DNA of 64,000 bases from Patescibacteria group bacterium (GTDB lineage Bacteria > Patescibacteriota > Microgenomatia > UBA1400 > PJMF01): assembly GCA_049322655.1 (NCBI GenBank), contig JBMORP010000006.1:448410-512409 (forward strand), in the 5' to 3' direction. The stretch's first letter is position 1, and the number at the start of each line of letters is the position of its first letter. Shown here one piece after another: positions 1 to 9,787 of the stretch. Under the pieces are notes generated by a model that worked only from the letters and a program-made list of their open reading frames with translations, did not search any database and had not been told where the DNA came from. Made by a program: the position numbers and the translations under genes.

Positions 1-364
1 CACAACCTAACTGCCAAACTTTATCAACCACTCTTTTTTCAGGAGTACTACTAGCTAATCTTTTTTTGTATAGCTCTTGGCTAATCCAATGTAGATTGAC
101 CGAAAATGGCACTGGGTGGTAATCAGAATTAGCTGTTCCGGGCAATAAAGGTAAAACACTTTTGGCTTTAACCTTAATTGCTGTTTCTTCCCAAAACTCA
201 CGTTCTGCTGCTTGGTGAGGTAGTTCAGCTTTATCTAAATGACCACCAGGAGCTAACCAAATTCCCAGTTTCTTGTGTTTGACCAACAAAACCTTATTGT
301 CATTTACCAAAAAACCAGCTGCTGTTAAACAAACTTTAGGATGAAATTTTGTTGATTCTGGCAC
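1..364 (-). CDS. Nudix hydrolase (partial; 3' end lies outside window; probable GTG start at 364)
   Basis: Reverse-strand translation from 364 gives VPESTKFHPKVCLTAAGFLVNDNKVLLVKHKKLGIWLAPGGHLDKAELPHQAAEREFWEETAIKV..., with a Nudix box (GGHLDx5Ex7REFWEETAI). An in-frame TAA lies just upstream of the GTG. Confidence 0.6.
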   Translation of the reverse strand, partial: MPESTKFHPKVCLTAAGFLVNDNKVLLVKHKKLGIWLAPGGHLDKAELPHQAAEREFWEETAIKVKAKSVLPLLPGTANSDYHPVPFSVNLHWISQELYKKRLASSTPEKRVVDKVWQLGC

Positions 365-384
365 AGGGGAATTGTAACATTACT

Positions 385-420
385 TCAGCCTTACTTCTAA
401 ATAAAAATCGAAGTAAGGCT
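385..420 (-). terminator. Hairpin (AGCCTTACTTC / GAAGTAAGGCT) between the exonuclease and Nudix genes
   Basis: Perfect 11-bp inverted repeat with 12-nt loop directly after stop of 422..1006; A/T-rich flank. Confidence 0.4.
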
Positions 421-421
421 A

Positions 422-1006
422 TTAAATTAAACTCATCTGAACTCCGGCGTTTTTTTGAGGAGTAAAAGAAAAATCAACGGGAGTAGTGATTAATCTATTC
501 CACTTATTACGAAACTTGATTTCGCCTTTACTATAGCCATAGTCCAAAATCTCCTTAGTAACTTTAACATCCTGAAGACAGTACTTTTCAAGTTTATCCC
601 ATTGTTGAGTTTGGTAGTATTTAATTGCATCAAGACCATCTCCTGTTTTACCAATCCCTAGGGTTTCTTTGGCCACTGCATCCAGACCAATCCGATGACC
701 AGTAGAGTCCTTGATTCTTAACATAATATCTAGGGTGGGAATTTGACTAATATCACCAGTGTAATAAGAGGTAAAAGTGGGCATATCAAAGCCATCAACA
801 TTAAAGCCAATGACTACATCAGCTTGCTCCAGTAATGGAAACAACTTGGGTAAATCCTTTTCAAAGTAAGACTGATATTCACCGGCTTCACCAAAACCAT
901 GGCGAACGTTAACTCCAACAAAAGAAATACCTAATCTATCAGGGAAGTAACCACCCACCTCTTCAAAGGTTTTTTTAGTTTCAACATCAAGAATTACCTG
1001 CAACAT
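422..1006 (-). CDS. Stand-alone 3'-5' exonuclease, DEDDy/DnaQ-like fold
   Basis: Exo motifs: ILDVETKK (DxE), GFNVDGFDMP (Exo II), KYCLQDVKVT (YxxxD). 194 aa. Confidence 0.55.
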   Translation of the reverse strand: MLQVILDVETKKTFEEVGGYFPDRLGISFVGVNVRHGFGEAGEYQSYFEKDLPKLFPLLEQADVVIGFNVDGFDMPTFTSYYTGDISQIPTLDIMLRIKDSTGHRIGLDAVAKETLGIGKTGDGLDAIKYYQTQQWDKLEKYCLQDVKVTKEILDYGYSKGEIKFRNKWNRLITTPVDFSFTPQKNAGVQMSLI

Positions 1007-1094
1007 ATAAATAAATCATTTCTATTTAAGAAAATAGTAACAGTAACCTTACAGAATTTTTTGACAGAAATAAAGAGTTGAAGTTATCAAGCTT

Positions 1095-1706
1095 TTAACT
1101 CATGGCTTGTTGGTAAAGCTCAGCCACTTTGGGCCAATTAACTACTTTCCAAAAAGCCTCAATATAATCTGGACGACGATTTTGATACTTCAGATAATAA
1201 GCATGTTCCCACACATCCAAAGCCAAAATTGGGGTTGTGTTTTCCATCCAAGGATTATCTTGATTAGCGGTGCTGGTCACTTTGAGCTTACCATTATCAA
1301 CTACCAACCAAGCCCAACCAGAGCCGAATCTAGTTGCAGCAGCCTCTGAAAAAATTTGTTTAAAACCTTCAACAGACCCAAAAGTTGCTTCCAAATCATC
1401 TTTTAAAACCCTAGGAAGCTCTTGTTTTTGAGGTGAGAGCAGTTGCCAGAAAAGACTATGATTGGCGTGACCACCACCATTATTTCTGACTGCTAGCATG
1501 GTTTTAGGATCATCAATTTCTTTTAGTGACTGCATCAAAGTCTCGATTGGTAAGTCTTGCATATCTGGCAAACCAGTCAGGGCAGCGTTCAATTTATCAA
1601 CATAAGCTTGGTGATGCTTAGTATGATGAATCTCCATAGTCTGAGCATCAATAACTGGCTCCAAGGCATCATAAGCATAGGGTAATTTGGGTAAAGAATG
1701 TGACAT
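1095..1706 (-). CDS. sod: Fe/Mn superoxide dismutase
   Basis: [13 protein letters not shown]...[10 protein letters not shown]...DVWEHAYYL; classic Fe/Mn-SOD metal ligands and length (203 aa). Confidence 0.95.
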   Translation of the reverse strand: MSHSLPKLPYAYDALEPVIDAQTMEIHHTKHHQAYVDKLNAALTGLPDMQDLPIETLMQSLKEIDDPKTMLAVRNNGGGHANHSLFWQLLSPQKQELPRVLKDDLEATFGSVEGFKQIFSEAAATRFGSGWAWLVVDNGKLKVTSTANQDNPWMENTTPILALDVWEHAYYLKYQNRRPDYIEAFWKVVNWPKVAELYQQAMS

Positions 1707-1796
1707 ATTTAGCTCCTTTTAAATAACTAAAAACTATTTATATAAATCATTATACAGTTGTTTAACCTAATCTCCGTGAAGAGCCTTACAAAAAAG

Positions 1797-2642
1797 CTAG
1801 CTAGCCTTAGACTCATTAACAATTCTCATTAGCTCAATCACTCGATCTTTGCCAATTGTTTTTAAAAACTTTTCAATGGCGGCAAAATCTGGTGATTGGT
1901 CTTCTAATCTCATTGAGTTAAGCTCTTCCCATAAAGTTTGACCAACCAGAAAACCTTCAGCTCCATTTTCCACACTAATTCTGACAAACTCTTTGAATTC
2001 AGCATATTTGAGCCCATCAGAAATCACCACCCAAGGTACATCCAAAGCACTGGTCAAAGTAGCAGTTGCCAAAGGATCTTGAGGATACTGCAAAGCTAAT
2101 AAACTAGCAAAACGCTGCAGTTCCCCCACAGCCTCTAGCTGAGTTTCCTGGAACTCTACTTTATCCAAAGTTTTACCTGGAGGATGATAAATTATTAACT
2201 TTAAAAGAAAATCTATTCCTTCATACTGACAAAAATCAAACAAATCAGCCACTAGTTTTTTTTTCTCAACTGCTAACTCTTCAGCCGGATGATAAAACAA
2301 CTCCAACTTAGCCACCCCATAATTGTTTCTGACATCTTCAATACCCCATTGAGGAATAAATTGAGGCAACCCCATAGGATCTTGTTCTTGTTCACGACCC
2401 AAGCGAATAACTAAACCAGAGTTATTATGTTTATAACTCAAAAAAGGTAATGAATAAGTAGGATCGAGAACTACTCCGGTCGTATATTCTGTATAAAGAA
2501 TCAAAAACCTCACTAACAAGGCATTAAGATTTTCCAAGTTAGTTGGTTCATCCAAGCTTAGGCCCAGCTGCTCAGCAAAAGTATAAGCCTCATCCAAAGC
2601 TAACAAACCAATGCCATTTTTTTGTAGGGCAGAAATTTTCAC
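1797..2642 (-). CDS. Class I aldolase of the LacD/tagatose-1,6-bisphosphate aldolase family
   Basis: Alignable blocks to LacD: GIGLLALDE (ISALAFDQ), GVVLDPTYSLP (SILLDPEYGLP), LLKLIIYHP (VKFLLYYD). Confidence 0.5.
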   Translation of the reverse strand: MKISALQKNGIGLLALDEAYTFAEQLGLSLDEPTNLENLNALLVRFLILYTEYTTGVVLDPTYSLPFLSYKHNNSGLVIRLGREQEQDPMGLPQFIPQWGIEDVRNNYGVAKLELFYHPAEELAVEKKKLVADLFDFCQYEGIDFLLKLIIYHPPGKTLDKVEFQETQLEAVGELQRFASLLALQYPQDPLATATLTSALDVPWVVISDGLKYAEFKEFVRISVENGAEGFLVGQTLWEELNSMRLEDQSPDFAAIEKFLKTIGKDRVIELMRIVNESKAS

Positions 2643-2719
2643 TTAACCAGTATATCGACTAGAAACCTCAAAAAAAAGCCCCGCAGTAAGCAGGGCTTTC
2701 TGGGTTGTCTATTTAGAGT

Positions 2720-5008
2720 TTAACGGAAGCCATCTCTTGATCTAAAACCACCTCTTCTATCTCCACCTCGGTTGTCTCTAGAAAATCTACGACCACCATT
2801 GCCACGATCATTTCGCCTGCCACCTCTGTCTCCACCACCATTACCGTTTTTCTTTTTCTCAGCTGATTGCTCAGCGGTCAACATCGATAGACCAATCTTG
2901 CCGTCTTCTTTGATTTCAGAGATTCTGACATGGGCCTGATCGCCAACCTTGGCCACCAAAGTCACATCTTCGATTCTGTCAGCTGACATTTCTGAAACGT
3001 GAACCAAACCTTCTCTACCTGGAAGATATTCGACAAAAACTCCATAGTTTTCTACTCTGGTAATTTCACCATCAAACTCATCCCCAACCTCAACTACTCT
3101 CACCAAACCAGTGACCTTGGACACCGCTGCTTCGATTTTAGCTTGATCAGATGAAGAAATGTTAACAATGCCGATTTCTTTATCTTTATCTTCATCGACA
3201 TTAACTTCAGCTCCAGTTTCTTCAATAATAGACTTAATCATTTTTCCTCCTGGACCGATCAGTTCACCAATTTTATCAGCTGGAATCTCGATTTGAACCA
3301 CCTTAGGTGCGTATTGAGAAAGACTGGTTCTTGGAGTATCAATTACTTTCATCATTTCAGCCAAGATATGCAATCTACCTTCTTTAGCTTGAGCAAGGGC
3401 TTCTTCCAAAATTTGTCTAGAAACTCCTTTAAGTTTGATGTCCATTTGAATAGCTGTAATACCTTGTTCAGAACCAGCTACTTTGAAATCCATGTCACCA
3501 ACATGATCTTCTAAGCCCTGGATGTCAGATAGCACCACATACTTTTCCCCATCACTCATCAACCCCATGGCAATACCAGAAACTGGACGTTTAATAGGCA
3601 CTCCAGCAGACATTAGAGATAAAGTGGAACCACAAACAGAAGCCTGTGAGGTTGAACCGTTAGAACTCATGATTTCAGAAACCACATGAATCGTATAAGG
3701 GAACTCTGCTTGACTTGGAATCATAGGCAATAAAGCTCTTTCAGCCAAAGCTCCATGACCAATCTCACGACGCTTTGGAAAACCAAATCTACCGACTTCT
3801 CCAGAGGCATAAGGAGGCATATTGTAATGGTGAATGTAATGTCTAGTTTCTTCACCATCGATACTCTCGATTAACTGGCCCAAAGTTGGATCAGCCAAAG
3901 TGGTTACGGTTAAAGCCTGAGTAGCTCCTCGTTTGAACATGGCAGAACCATGAGTTCTGGCAAACAAATCCACTTCACACCAAATTGGTCTAATTTCAGT
4001 GGTTTTACGACCGTCTGGACGAACACCTTCATCCAAGATCATTTTACGAGCCTCTTTTTTGGTCAGTAAATGTAAGGCCTCACTGATTTGTTTTTCAGTC
4101 ACCTGAGCTGCTTCGTCTTCAACTCCAGCATTAAGTTTCTCAAAAATAGCTACTTTTACTTCTGCTTCATTAGTGGGTAATAAGCGACCACTAGTCTCGA
4201 CAATCTCTCTAATTTCTTTAGCAAAGCTCTCATAGATCTTGGCTGCCAACTCTTCAACAGCGAAGGTCTTAGCTCGATCTTCTTCAGAAACTAATTCTAA
4301 TTTATCTTTACCAACTTCAGCGGTAATTTCTTCAATCACCTGACAAACTTCGCCCAATTTTTCCTGAGCTAACACCATTCCTTCGATGACCACAGCTTCA
4401 GAGACTTCATTAGCTCCAGCTTCAACCATCACAATAGTTTTGGCATTACCAGAAACAATTAAATCCAGATCACTAGTCTCTTGTTCTGTTTGAGTTGGAT
4501 TAATCAAAAACTCATTGGTTTCTTTTCTATAACCTACTCTCAAACCAGCCAAAGGACCGTCAAAAGGAATTTCTGAAATAGATAAACCAATCGCACTGCC
4601 AAGTAAACCCAACATGTCTGGATCGTTTTCTTCGTCATAAGAAAGCACCGTGTTAATCACCTGAACCTCATTAGTAATCCCATCTGGGAACATTGGTCTT
4701 AAAGAACGATCAATCACTCTTGCTTTTAAAATCACATCATCTGCAGGACGACCATCTCTCTTGATCCATCTAGAACCTTTAATCGTTCCAGCTGCATAAA
4801 GCTTTTCCGCAAACTCAACAGAGAGTGGAAAATAACCAAGATCAACTTTTCTACCCAAAGCTACGGTGGAATGAACCACTGTTTCACCACAGGTAACTAA
4901 AACAGCAGCGCTAACTTGTTCAGAAAACTTACCGATTTCGACTGTTACTTCTTTGCCTCCTAAAGTGAAGGTCTTTTTATATGTATCTGGATATTTTGGA
5001 TAACCCAT
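2720..5008 (-). CDS. pnp: Polynucleotide phosphorylase (PNPase) with C-terminal Arg/Gly-rich tail
   Basis: Two RNase PH domains (FKRGATQALTVTTLA, GDMDFKVAG), KH (GPGGKMIKSI) and S1 domains; 762 aa. C-terminal ~45 aa are RGG/RG repeats. Confidence 0.95.
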   Translation of the reverse strand: MGYPKYPDTYKKTFTLGGKEVTVEIGKFSEQVSAAVLVTCGETVVHSTVALGRKVDLGYFPLSVEFAEKLYAAGTIKGSRWIKRDGRPADDVILKARVIDRSLRPMFPDGITNEVQVINTVLSYDEENDPDMLGLLGSAIGLSISEIPFDGPLAGLRVGYRKETNEFLINPTQTEQETSDLDLIVSGNAKTIVMVEAGANEVSEAVVIEGMVLAQEKLGEVCQVIEEITAEVGKDKLELVSEEDRAKTFAVEELAAKIYESFAKEIREIVETSGRLLPTNEAEVKVAIFEKLNAGVEDEAAQVTEKQISEALHLLTKKEARKMILDEGVRPDGRKTTEIRPIWCEVDLFARTHGSAMFKRGATQALTVTTLADPTLGQLIESIDGEETRHYIHHYNMPPYASGEVGRFGFPKRREIGHGALAERALLPMIPSQAEFPYTIHVVSEIMSSNGSTSQASVCGSTLSLMSAGVPIKRPVSGIAMGLMSDGEKYVVLSDIQGLEDHVGDMDFKVAGSEQGITAIQMDIKLKGVSRQILEEALAQAKEGRLHILAEMMKVIDTPRTSLSQYAPKVVQIEIPADKIGELIGPGGKMIKSIIEETGAEVNVDEDKDKEIGIVNISSSDQAKIEAAVSKVTGLVRVVEVGDEFDGEITRVENYGVFVEYLPGREGLVHVSEMSADRIEDVTLVAKVGDQAHVRISEIKEDGKIGLSMLTAEQSAEKKKNGNGGGDRGGRRNDRGNGGRRFSRDNRGGDRRGGFRSRDGFR

Positions 5009-5232
5009 TTTGTTCTTTCTGTTAGTTCACCAAACCGACACGATCAAGGTATTCCTTGCGTGTTAATTCAGCTCGAGTGAGAGCTAACCTATTCATAAAT
5101 ACTAAGGGAATGCTTTTGCATCTGATAATAATTCCTCAATAAGCAGGGAGTACCTGTGGTTCAACCACTCCTTGCCAATCGAGGAAACTACACTCCCGAT
5201 GAAAGATATTATACAGGAAAAACAACAAAAAA
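5009..5232 (-). promoter_or_regulatory. Structured pnp 5' leader with its own -10-like element (TATAAT) downstream of the rpsO terminator
   Basis: On the minus strand: TGTATAATATC, then a long stem GGGAGT...ACTCCC enclosing the GTGGTTGAACCAC hairpin, ~200 nt before the pnp ATG. Confidence 0.35.
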
Positions 5233-5262
5233 GCCCCCAAGTTAATGAGGGCTTTTATTTGC
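5228..5262 (-). terminator. Rho-independent terminator after rpsO
   Basis: Minus strand AAGCCCTCATTAACTTGGGGGCTTTTTTG: GC stem followed by T-run. Confidence 0.45.
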
Positions 5263-5274
5263 AAAATAAATTAC

Positions 5275-5544
5275 TTATTTACTCAAGCCTAGTTTTTCAA
5301 TCAACTTAGCATAGCGCTCTTCACTTCTACCTTGCAAGAAACTAAGTAAACGACGTCTTTTGGAGACTTGTTTTAACAAACCTCTTCTGGAGTGATTATC
5401 TTTTTTGTGTTTCTTCAAGTGATCGGTGAGTTCTTGAATAGAAGCGGTCAATAAAGCGACCTGAACTTCTGGAGAACCAGTATCACCCTCGAAGAGTTGA
5501 AAATCTTTAACAAGTTGAGTTTTTTGGACTTTTGATAGTGCCAT
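5275..5544 (-). CDS. rpsO: Ribosomal protein S15
   Basis: 89 aa; [15 protein letters not shown]...[39 protein letters not shown] typical S15. Confidence 0.95.
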   Translation of the reverse strand: MALSKVQKTQLVKDFQLFEGDTGSPEVQVALLTASIQELTDHLKKHKKDNHSRRGLLKQVSKRRRLLSFLQGRSEERYAKLIEKLGLSK

Positions 5545-5647
5545 GGTATTTATTTCCTTCCCTTATAAAGCGAGCCTGAGCCTGCTTAATAAAGTAACCC
5601 TTATACTAGAGAGTGGATTATATCACACTCGATCTTTTTTATTGAGT

Positions 5648-7114
5648 TTACTCCTCATCTTCTTTTTTATAGGCAATAATCACATCGCCTACTTGGAAAT
5701 CTAATTTTTTATTTTTAAAAGTGAGACCACCTTCGTTTTTAGTTTTGATAACCAAAATATCGTCTTTACCATGTTTCATATTAGCAATCACTGGGTTGGC
5801 CACAATTTGATCATTTCGTTTGAGGTGAAGAAGGTCTGGCTTTTTGATTTCACCAGTTTTCACTCTCACGCCAGCAATTTTGTCACCCTTCATCTCAAAA
5901 ATCTGCACAATCTCTGCTTCACCAGTGATTACTTCATCAATCGTTGGTTCCAAAATCTTAAGCATTTGTTTTTGCAAATCTTCGATCAAGTGATAAATAA
6001 TTCCATATTCTTTAACCTTAACACCTAGTGTTTTGGCAAAATTTTTAGTCGCTCTTGGCACTTTCATCCCAAAGGCAATCACTAAAGCCTTACTAGTCTG
6101 AGCTAGTTCAAGTTCCTGTTCAGTTACAGGTCCGACTCCAGCCAAGATTAAATTAACACTATCTGGATCAATGTTCTGTTCAATAGCCTCAAGAGTCCCT
6201 TTGACATCTGCTTTCACAATCAGATTCATTTTGATCTTATCGCCAAAGACCCCATCAATATCAAAACCTGCCCATTCATCAACTTCACTAACAGCAACCT
6301 GTTCCACCACCGCTGGTTGATATTCTCGGCCAAGCTCTTTAACAATTGAACCCACTTCTGGGACATCTTTCAAGCCAATAATCTCTGCTGGATAACCAGG
6401 CTTGACTTCGGTTAGTTGTTGACCGGTTTCATCAGTTAATAATTTAACTCTACCTTGAATAGTGTCATCAATAAAAATATCTTGTCTGGTTGCTAAAGTA
6501 CCTTGTTGAACAATCACACTAACCAAAGGGCCTTTACGAGGATCTTTGGAAGACTCAATCACTACTGCTTCTAAAGGTAGCTCTGGGTCAGCCTTTAATT
6601 CCTGAAGTTCAGCCATTAAAGAAATAGTTTCTAACAATTTGTCTACTCCTTGACCAGTTTTAGCTGAAACCTCAGCCACTTCGATATCGCCACCAAAATC
6701 CTGAACAATAACTTCATGCTCCGCTAATTGAGCTTTAACATTATCTGTTCTGATATCTTGAATATCAATTTTATTGATTGCGATCAAAAAAGGAACATTT
6801 GCTTCTTTTATGTAACGAATTGATTCTATTGTTTGTGGTTTGACACCATCATTAGCAGCTACTACAAGCACCACGATATCAGTAATCTGAGCTCCGCGTT
6901 GTCTCATTTTGTTAAAGGCAGCATGACCAGGAGTATCAATAAAAGTAAGCTGTTTGCCTTGATGTTGAATACTATAAGCACCAATATGTTGAGTAATGCC
7001 TCCTTGCTCTCTGGCTTGAACATTAGTTTTACGAATGTAATCCAACAAACTCGTCTTGCCATGGTCAACATGACCCAAGATTGTAACAATTGGTGGACGA
7101 GCTATTAATGCCAT
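5648..7114 (-). CDS. infB: Translation initiation factor IF-2 (short form lacking N-terminal domains)
   Basis: G-domain GHVDHGKTSLLD, DTPGH, NKID; C-terminal beta-barrel domains; 488 aa. Confidence 0.9.
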   Translation of the reverse strand: MALIARPPIVTILGHVDHGKTSLLDYIRKTNVQAREQGGITQHIGAYSIQHQGKQLTFIDTPGHAAFNKMRQRGAQITDIVVLVVAANDGVKPQTIESIRYIKEANVPFLIAINKIDIQDIRTDNVKAQLAEHEVIVQDFGGDIEVAEVSAKTGQGVDKLLETISLMAELQELKADPELPLEAVVIESSKDPRKGPLVSVIVQQGTLATRQDIFIDDTIQGRVKLLTDETGQQLTEVKPGYPAEIIGLKDVPEVGSIVKELGREYQPAVVEQVAVSEVDEWAGFDIDGVFGDKIKMNLIVKADVKGTLEAIEQNIDPDSVNLILAGVGPVTEQELELAQTSKALVIAFGMKVPRATKNFAKTLGVKVKEYGIIYHLIEDLQKQMLKILEPTIDEVITGEAEIVQIFEMKGDKIAGVRVKTGEIKKPDLLHLKRNDQIVANPVIANMKHGKDDILVIKTKNEGGLTFKNKKLDFQVGDVIIAYKKEDEE

Positions 7115-7128
7115 AGACTAGGATTCCT

Positions 7129-8421
7129 TTATTCAGTAACTTCTTCTTTAAACTCAGCAGCTAAAGTAGCTTTTTCTACTTCTCTCTCTGCTTGAGCTTT
7201 TTTATCTGCTACCACTTTCTTTCTGAGAATTTCTTTTTGTTCATCGGCCAAATCTTCCATAGCCAACCATTTTTCCTCAAAACGAATCAAATCATTAAGG
7301 GTAGTGAGCTTGTGTTCAATCAAAATAGCTCTGGTTTCTTCAGTTAAACCAACAAAAGTATCGATTTCGTACTCTTCTTTACCAGTAGCTTGAGATTGAA
7401 CTTTACCAGTAGCTGACTTAATGGTGATTTTATAGCCCGTTAACTTGGCAGCCAAACGAACATTTTGCCCACCACGACCAATCGCCAAAGATAGTTGGTC
7501 ATCTGGAGCAGTTACAGTCACTAACTGTTTATCCTGATCAACTTCAATCAATAAATTCTCAGCAGGAGCCAAGGCACCCTTGAGGTATAAAACAGGGTCT
7601 TCAAAGAAAGGAATAATATCGATTTTTTCGTTATTTAGTTCTTCAATGACTTTTTGAACACGAACACCACGTTGACCAACACAAGAACCAACTGGATCAA
7701 CGCCTTCTTGAGTGGATCTAACTGACAACTTGGTTCTTACCCCAGCTTCACGAGCCAAAGAAACTATCTCAACAGCTCCAGAAGAAACCTCTGGTACTTC
7801 ACGATCGAATAGTTTGGCCACCAAGTCTTTATCAGCTCTGGAAACAACCACTACTTGACCACGATTAGTCTCACGGATATCTTTAATTAATACCGCCAGA
7901 CGAGAGTTGAGTCGATAGAACTCACCTCGCATTTGTTCTTCTGGTGGCATCCAACCATGACCTCTACCCAAATCCATAATCACATTTCTGCGATCCATTC
8001 TGAGCACCTGACCAGTCATGATTTGACCAACTTTATCTTCAAATTCAGAGATAATCTGATCTTTTTCTGATCGACGAATTTTTTGCAAAATAACTTGCTT
8101 GGCTGTTTGAGCCGCAATTCTGCCAAAACCAGCGGGAGTCACATCTTCTGATTTCTTTTCATCCCACTCGGTTGGTTCTAAAGTCTCTTCATCTCTAGCC
8201 AAAACCGGAGCTTTTAAGATCCGAGCTTCGCCAGTGTCTTCGTTAAGATCTACATAATAATGGAATTCTTCATCCAAAAAACCCATTTGTTTGCGATAAG
8301 CAGATACTAAAGCTTGACGAATTGCTTCATAAATAGAAGCAGGATCGATTTTTCTTTCAGAGGCAATTTGCGCAATAGCAGCCGCGAACTCAGTTCTAGC
8401 TACAGTAGAAATGTTTGGCAT
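7129..8421 (-). CDS. nusA: Transcription termination/antitermination factor NusA
   Basis: N-terminal NusA domain, S1 and two KH domains; 15-nt spacing to infB start (operon). Confidence 0.9.
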   Translation of the reverse strand: MPNISTVARTEFAAAIAQIASERKIDPASIYEAIRQALVSAYRKQMGFLDEEFHYYVDLNEDTGEARILKAPVLARDEETLEPTEWDEKKSEDVTPAGFGRIAAQTAKQVILQKIRRSEKDQIISEFEDKVGQIMTGQVLRMDRRNVIMDLGRGHGWMPPEEQMRGEFYRLNSRLAVLIKDIRETNRGQVVVVSRADKDLVAKLFDREVPEVSSGAVEIVSLAREAGVRTKLSVRSTQEGVDPVGSCVGQRGVRVQKVIEELNNEKIDIIPFFEDPVLYLKGALAPAENLLIEVDQDKQLVTVTAPDDQLSLAIGRGGQNVRLAAKLTGYKITIKSATGKVQSQATGKEEYEIDTFVGLTEETRAILIEHKLTTLNDLIRFEEKWLAMEDLADEQKEILRKKVVADKKAQAEREVEKATLAAEFKEEVTE

Positions 8422-8577
8422 TTTCTTCCTTTTTTATTTTTTATTTCAAATTATTTAATTTTGGCTCTAATATGAAAAAAGACGCGACCAAAAGTGAGTC
8501 CGTCTCTATCAGTATTTCGCCAGAGGCTATTATAACATAAGTCTAGAAAATATTAAAAACCTCAGAGCTAGTCAAAA

Positions 8578-9432
8578 TTAAAGACCTGCTTTCTCTAGCT
8601 CTTTGAAAAGTCTCTTTTGTTCTCTGGAGAGTTTCTCTGGAATCTCGACCACAATCTTGACATAAAGGTCACCATTACCCCTAGATCTAAGTCTAGGTAC
8701 ACCCTCATCTCTCAATCTAATAAGACTATTTGATTGAGTTCCTGGTCTAATCTTCATCTTAAGATGATCTTCCCTCAAGGTAGGAATCTCAATGGTGCCA
8801 CCCAAAACGGCTGTAGAAATCGAGATTTTTTCAGTTAAGAAAACATCATAACCATCTCTTTTGAATCGTTCATGAGGTCTTACCTCGATAGTCACATCAA
8901 AGTTTTCAAAACGAATCCGAGTACCATCATTGGCCCCAGCGGGAATCTTTACTTTTTGTTTTTTACCCTCGATCTCAACCTCTTTAGTCACTCCATGGAC
9001 AGCTTCCATAAACTCAATGGTAAGACCATATCTGGGACGACGCGCGGCCCGACCAAAACCACCACCAAAAAATGACTCAAAAATCTCAAATGGATCATTA
9101 AAATCAAAGTCAGGAGCACCGCCACCAGAAGTCTGATAAGTCCAAGTAAATGGTCCCTGTTGAAAACCGCCAAACGGATTACCACCACCAAAGCCTCCTG
9201 AGGCAGGATCAAACGCAGCATGACCAAATTGATCATAAGCTTGGCGTTTCTTGTCATCAGACAAAATTTGATAAGCTTCATTGATTTCTTTAAACTTGGC
9301 CTCGGCGTCTTTTTCCTTGTTCTTATCTGGATGGTATTTGAGCGCCATCTTCCTATAAGCAGCCTTAATCTCTGGCTGGGAAGCAGTTTTAGTAACTCCT
9401 AAAATCTCGTAATAATCACGTTTGGTTGACAT
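8578..9432 (-). CDS. DnaJ-class co-chaperone lacking the zinc-finger domain (type II/CbpA-like); probable ATG at 9432 (ORF track extends to TTG at 9453)
   Basis: J-domain with HPD (YYEILGV...KYHPDKN), G/F-rich linker (GGFGGGNPFGGF), C-terminal substrate-binding domains; no CxxCxGxG repeats. Confidence 0.8.
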   Translation of the reverse strand: MSTKRDYYEILGVTKTASQPEIKAAYRKMALKYHPDKNKEKDAEAKFKEINEAYQILSDDKKRQAYDQFGHAAFDPASGGFGGGNPFGGFQQGPFTWTYQTSGGGAPDFDFNDPFEIFESFFGGGFGRAARRPRYGLTIEFMEAVHGVTKEVEIEGKKQKVKIPAGANDGTRIRFENFDVTIEVRPHERFKRDGYDVFLTEKISISTAVLGGTIEIPTLREDHLKMKIRPGTQSNSLIRLRDEGVPRLRSRGNGDLYVKIVVEIPEKLSREQKRLFKELEKAGL

Positions 9433-9469
9433 AGAATGTAGTGATTGTAACAAGGAATTTTGAAAAAAT

Positions 9470-9518
9470 TAAGCAGAGAAAATGGTAGAGTGCTAAAGAT
9501 TCAAACTGCAAGTTTGAA
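9470..9518. promoter_or_regulatory. Upstream region of the dnaJ-class gene: perfect CIRCE right half GAGTGCTAA with degenerate left half, plus adjacent 8-bp-arm palindrome TTCAAACTGCAAGTTTGAA
   Basis: GAGTGCTAA at 9488-9496; palindrome at 9500-9518; located 40-90 nt upstream of the ATG at 9432 on the minus strand. Confidence 0.3.
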
Positions 9519-9787
9519 ATAAAAAAATAATCCTATAATATTGACATATTGGATGTATTCTGCTATAATAATCTTCTTCTTTGTGAAGCTACGCCAAAAT
9601 TAGCTTTTGGTAATTAATTTCATAAAGATGTTCTTTAACATCTGAAAGATTATTTGCTTACAAAAAAAAAGACGGGTCTGCCGTTTTCCTCATCAAATTT
9701 GGTGAAGAAGACGGCAGTACCTGTCTTCTTGGACATACAACTGTCCTCGGCAAGGGCTGACTATCAAAATTCATGGAGAAATTCCAA

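Noticed and set aside
3293-3514. Small ORFs antisense to or overlapping well-supported genes: inside pnp (3293..3514), infB (5771..6028, 6833..7108), dnaK (14727..15962), groEL (31954..33105), and similar
   Set aside because: All lie inside high-confidence conserved genes on the opposite strand or in another frame, have no start context, and have low-complexity translations.
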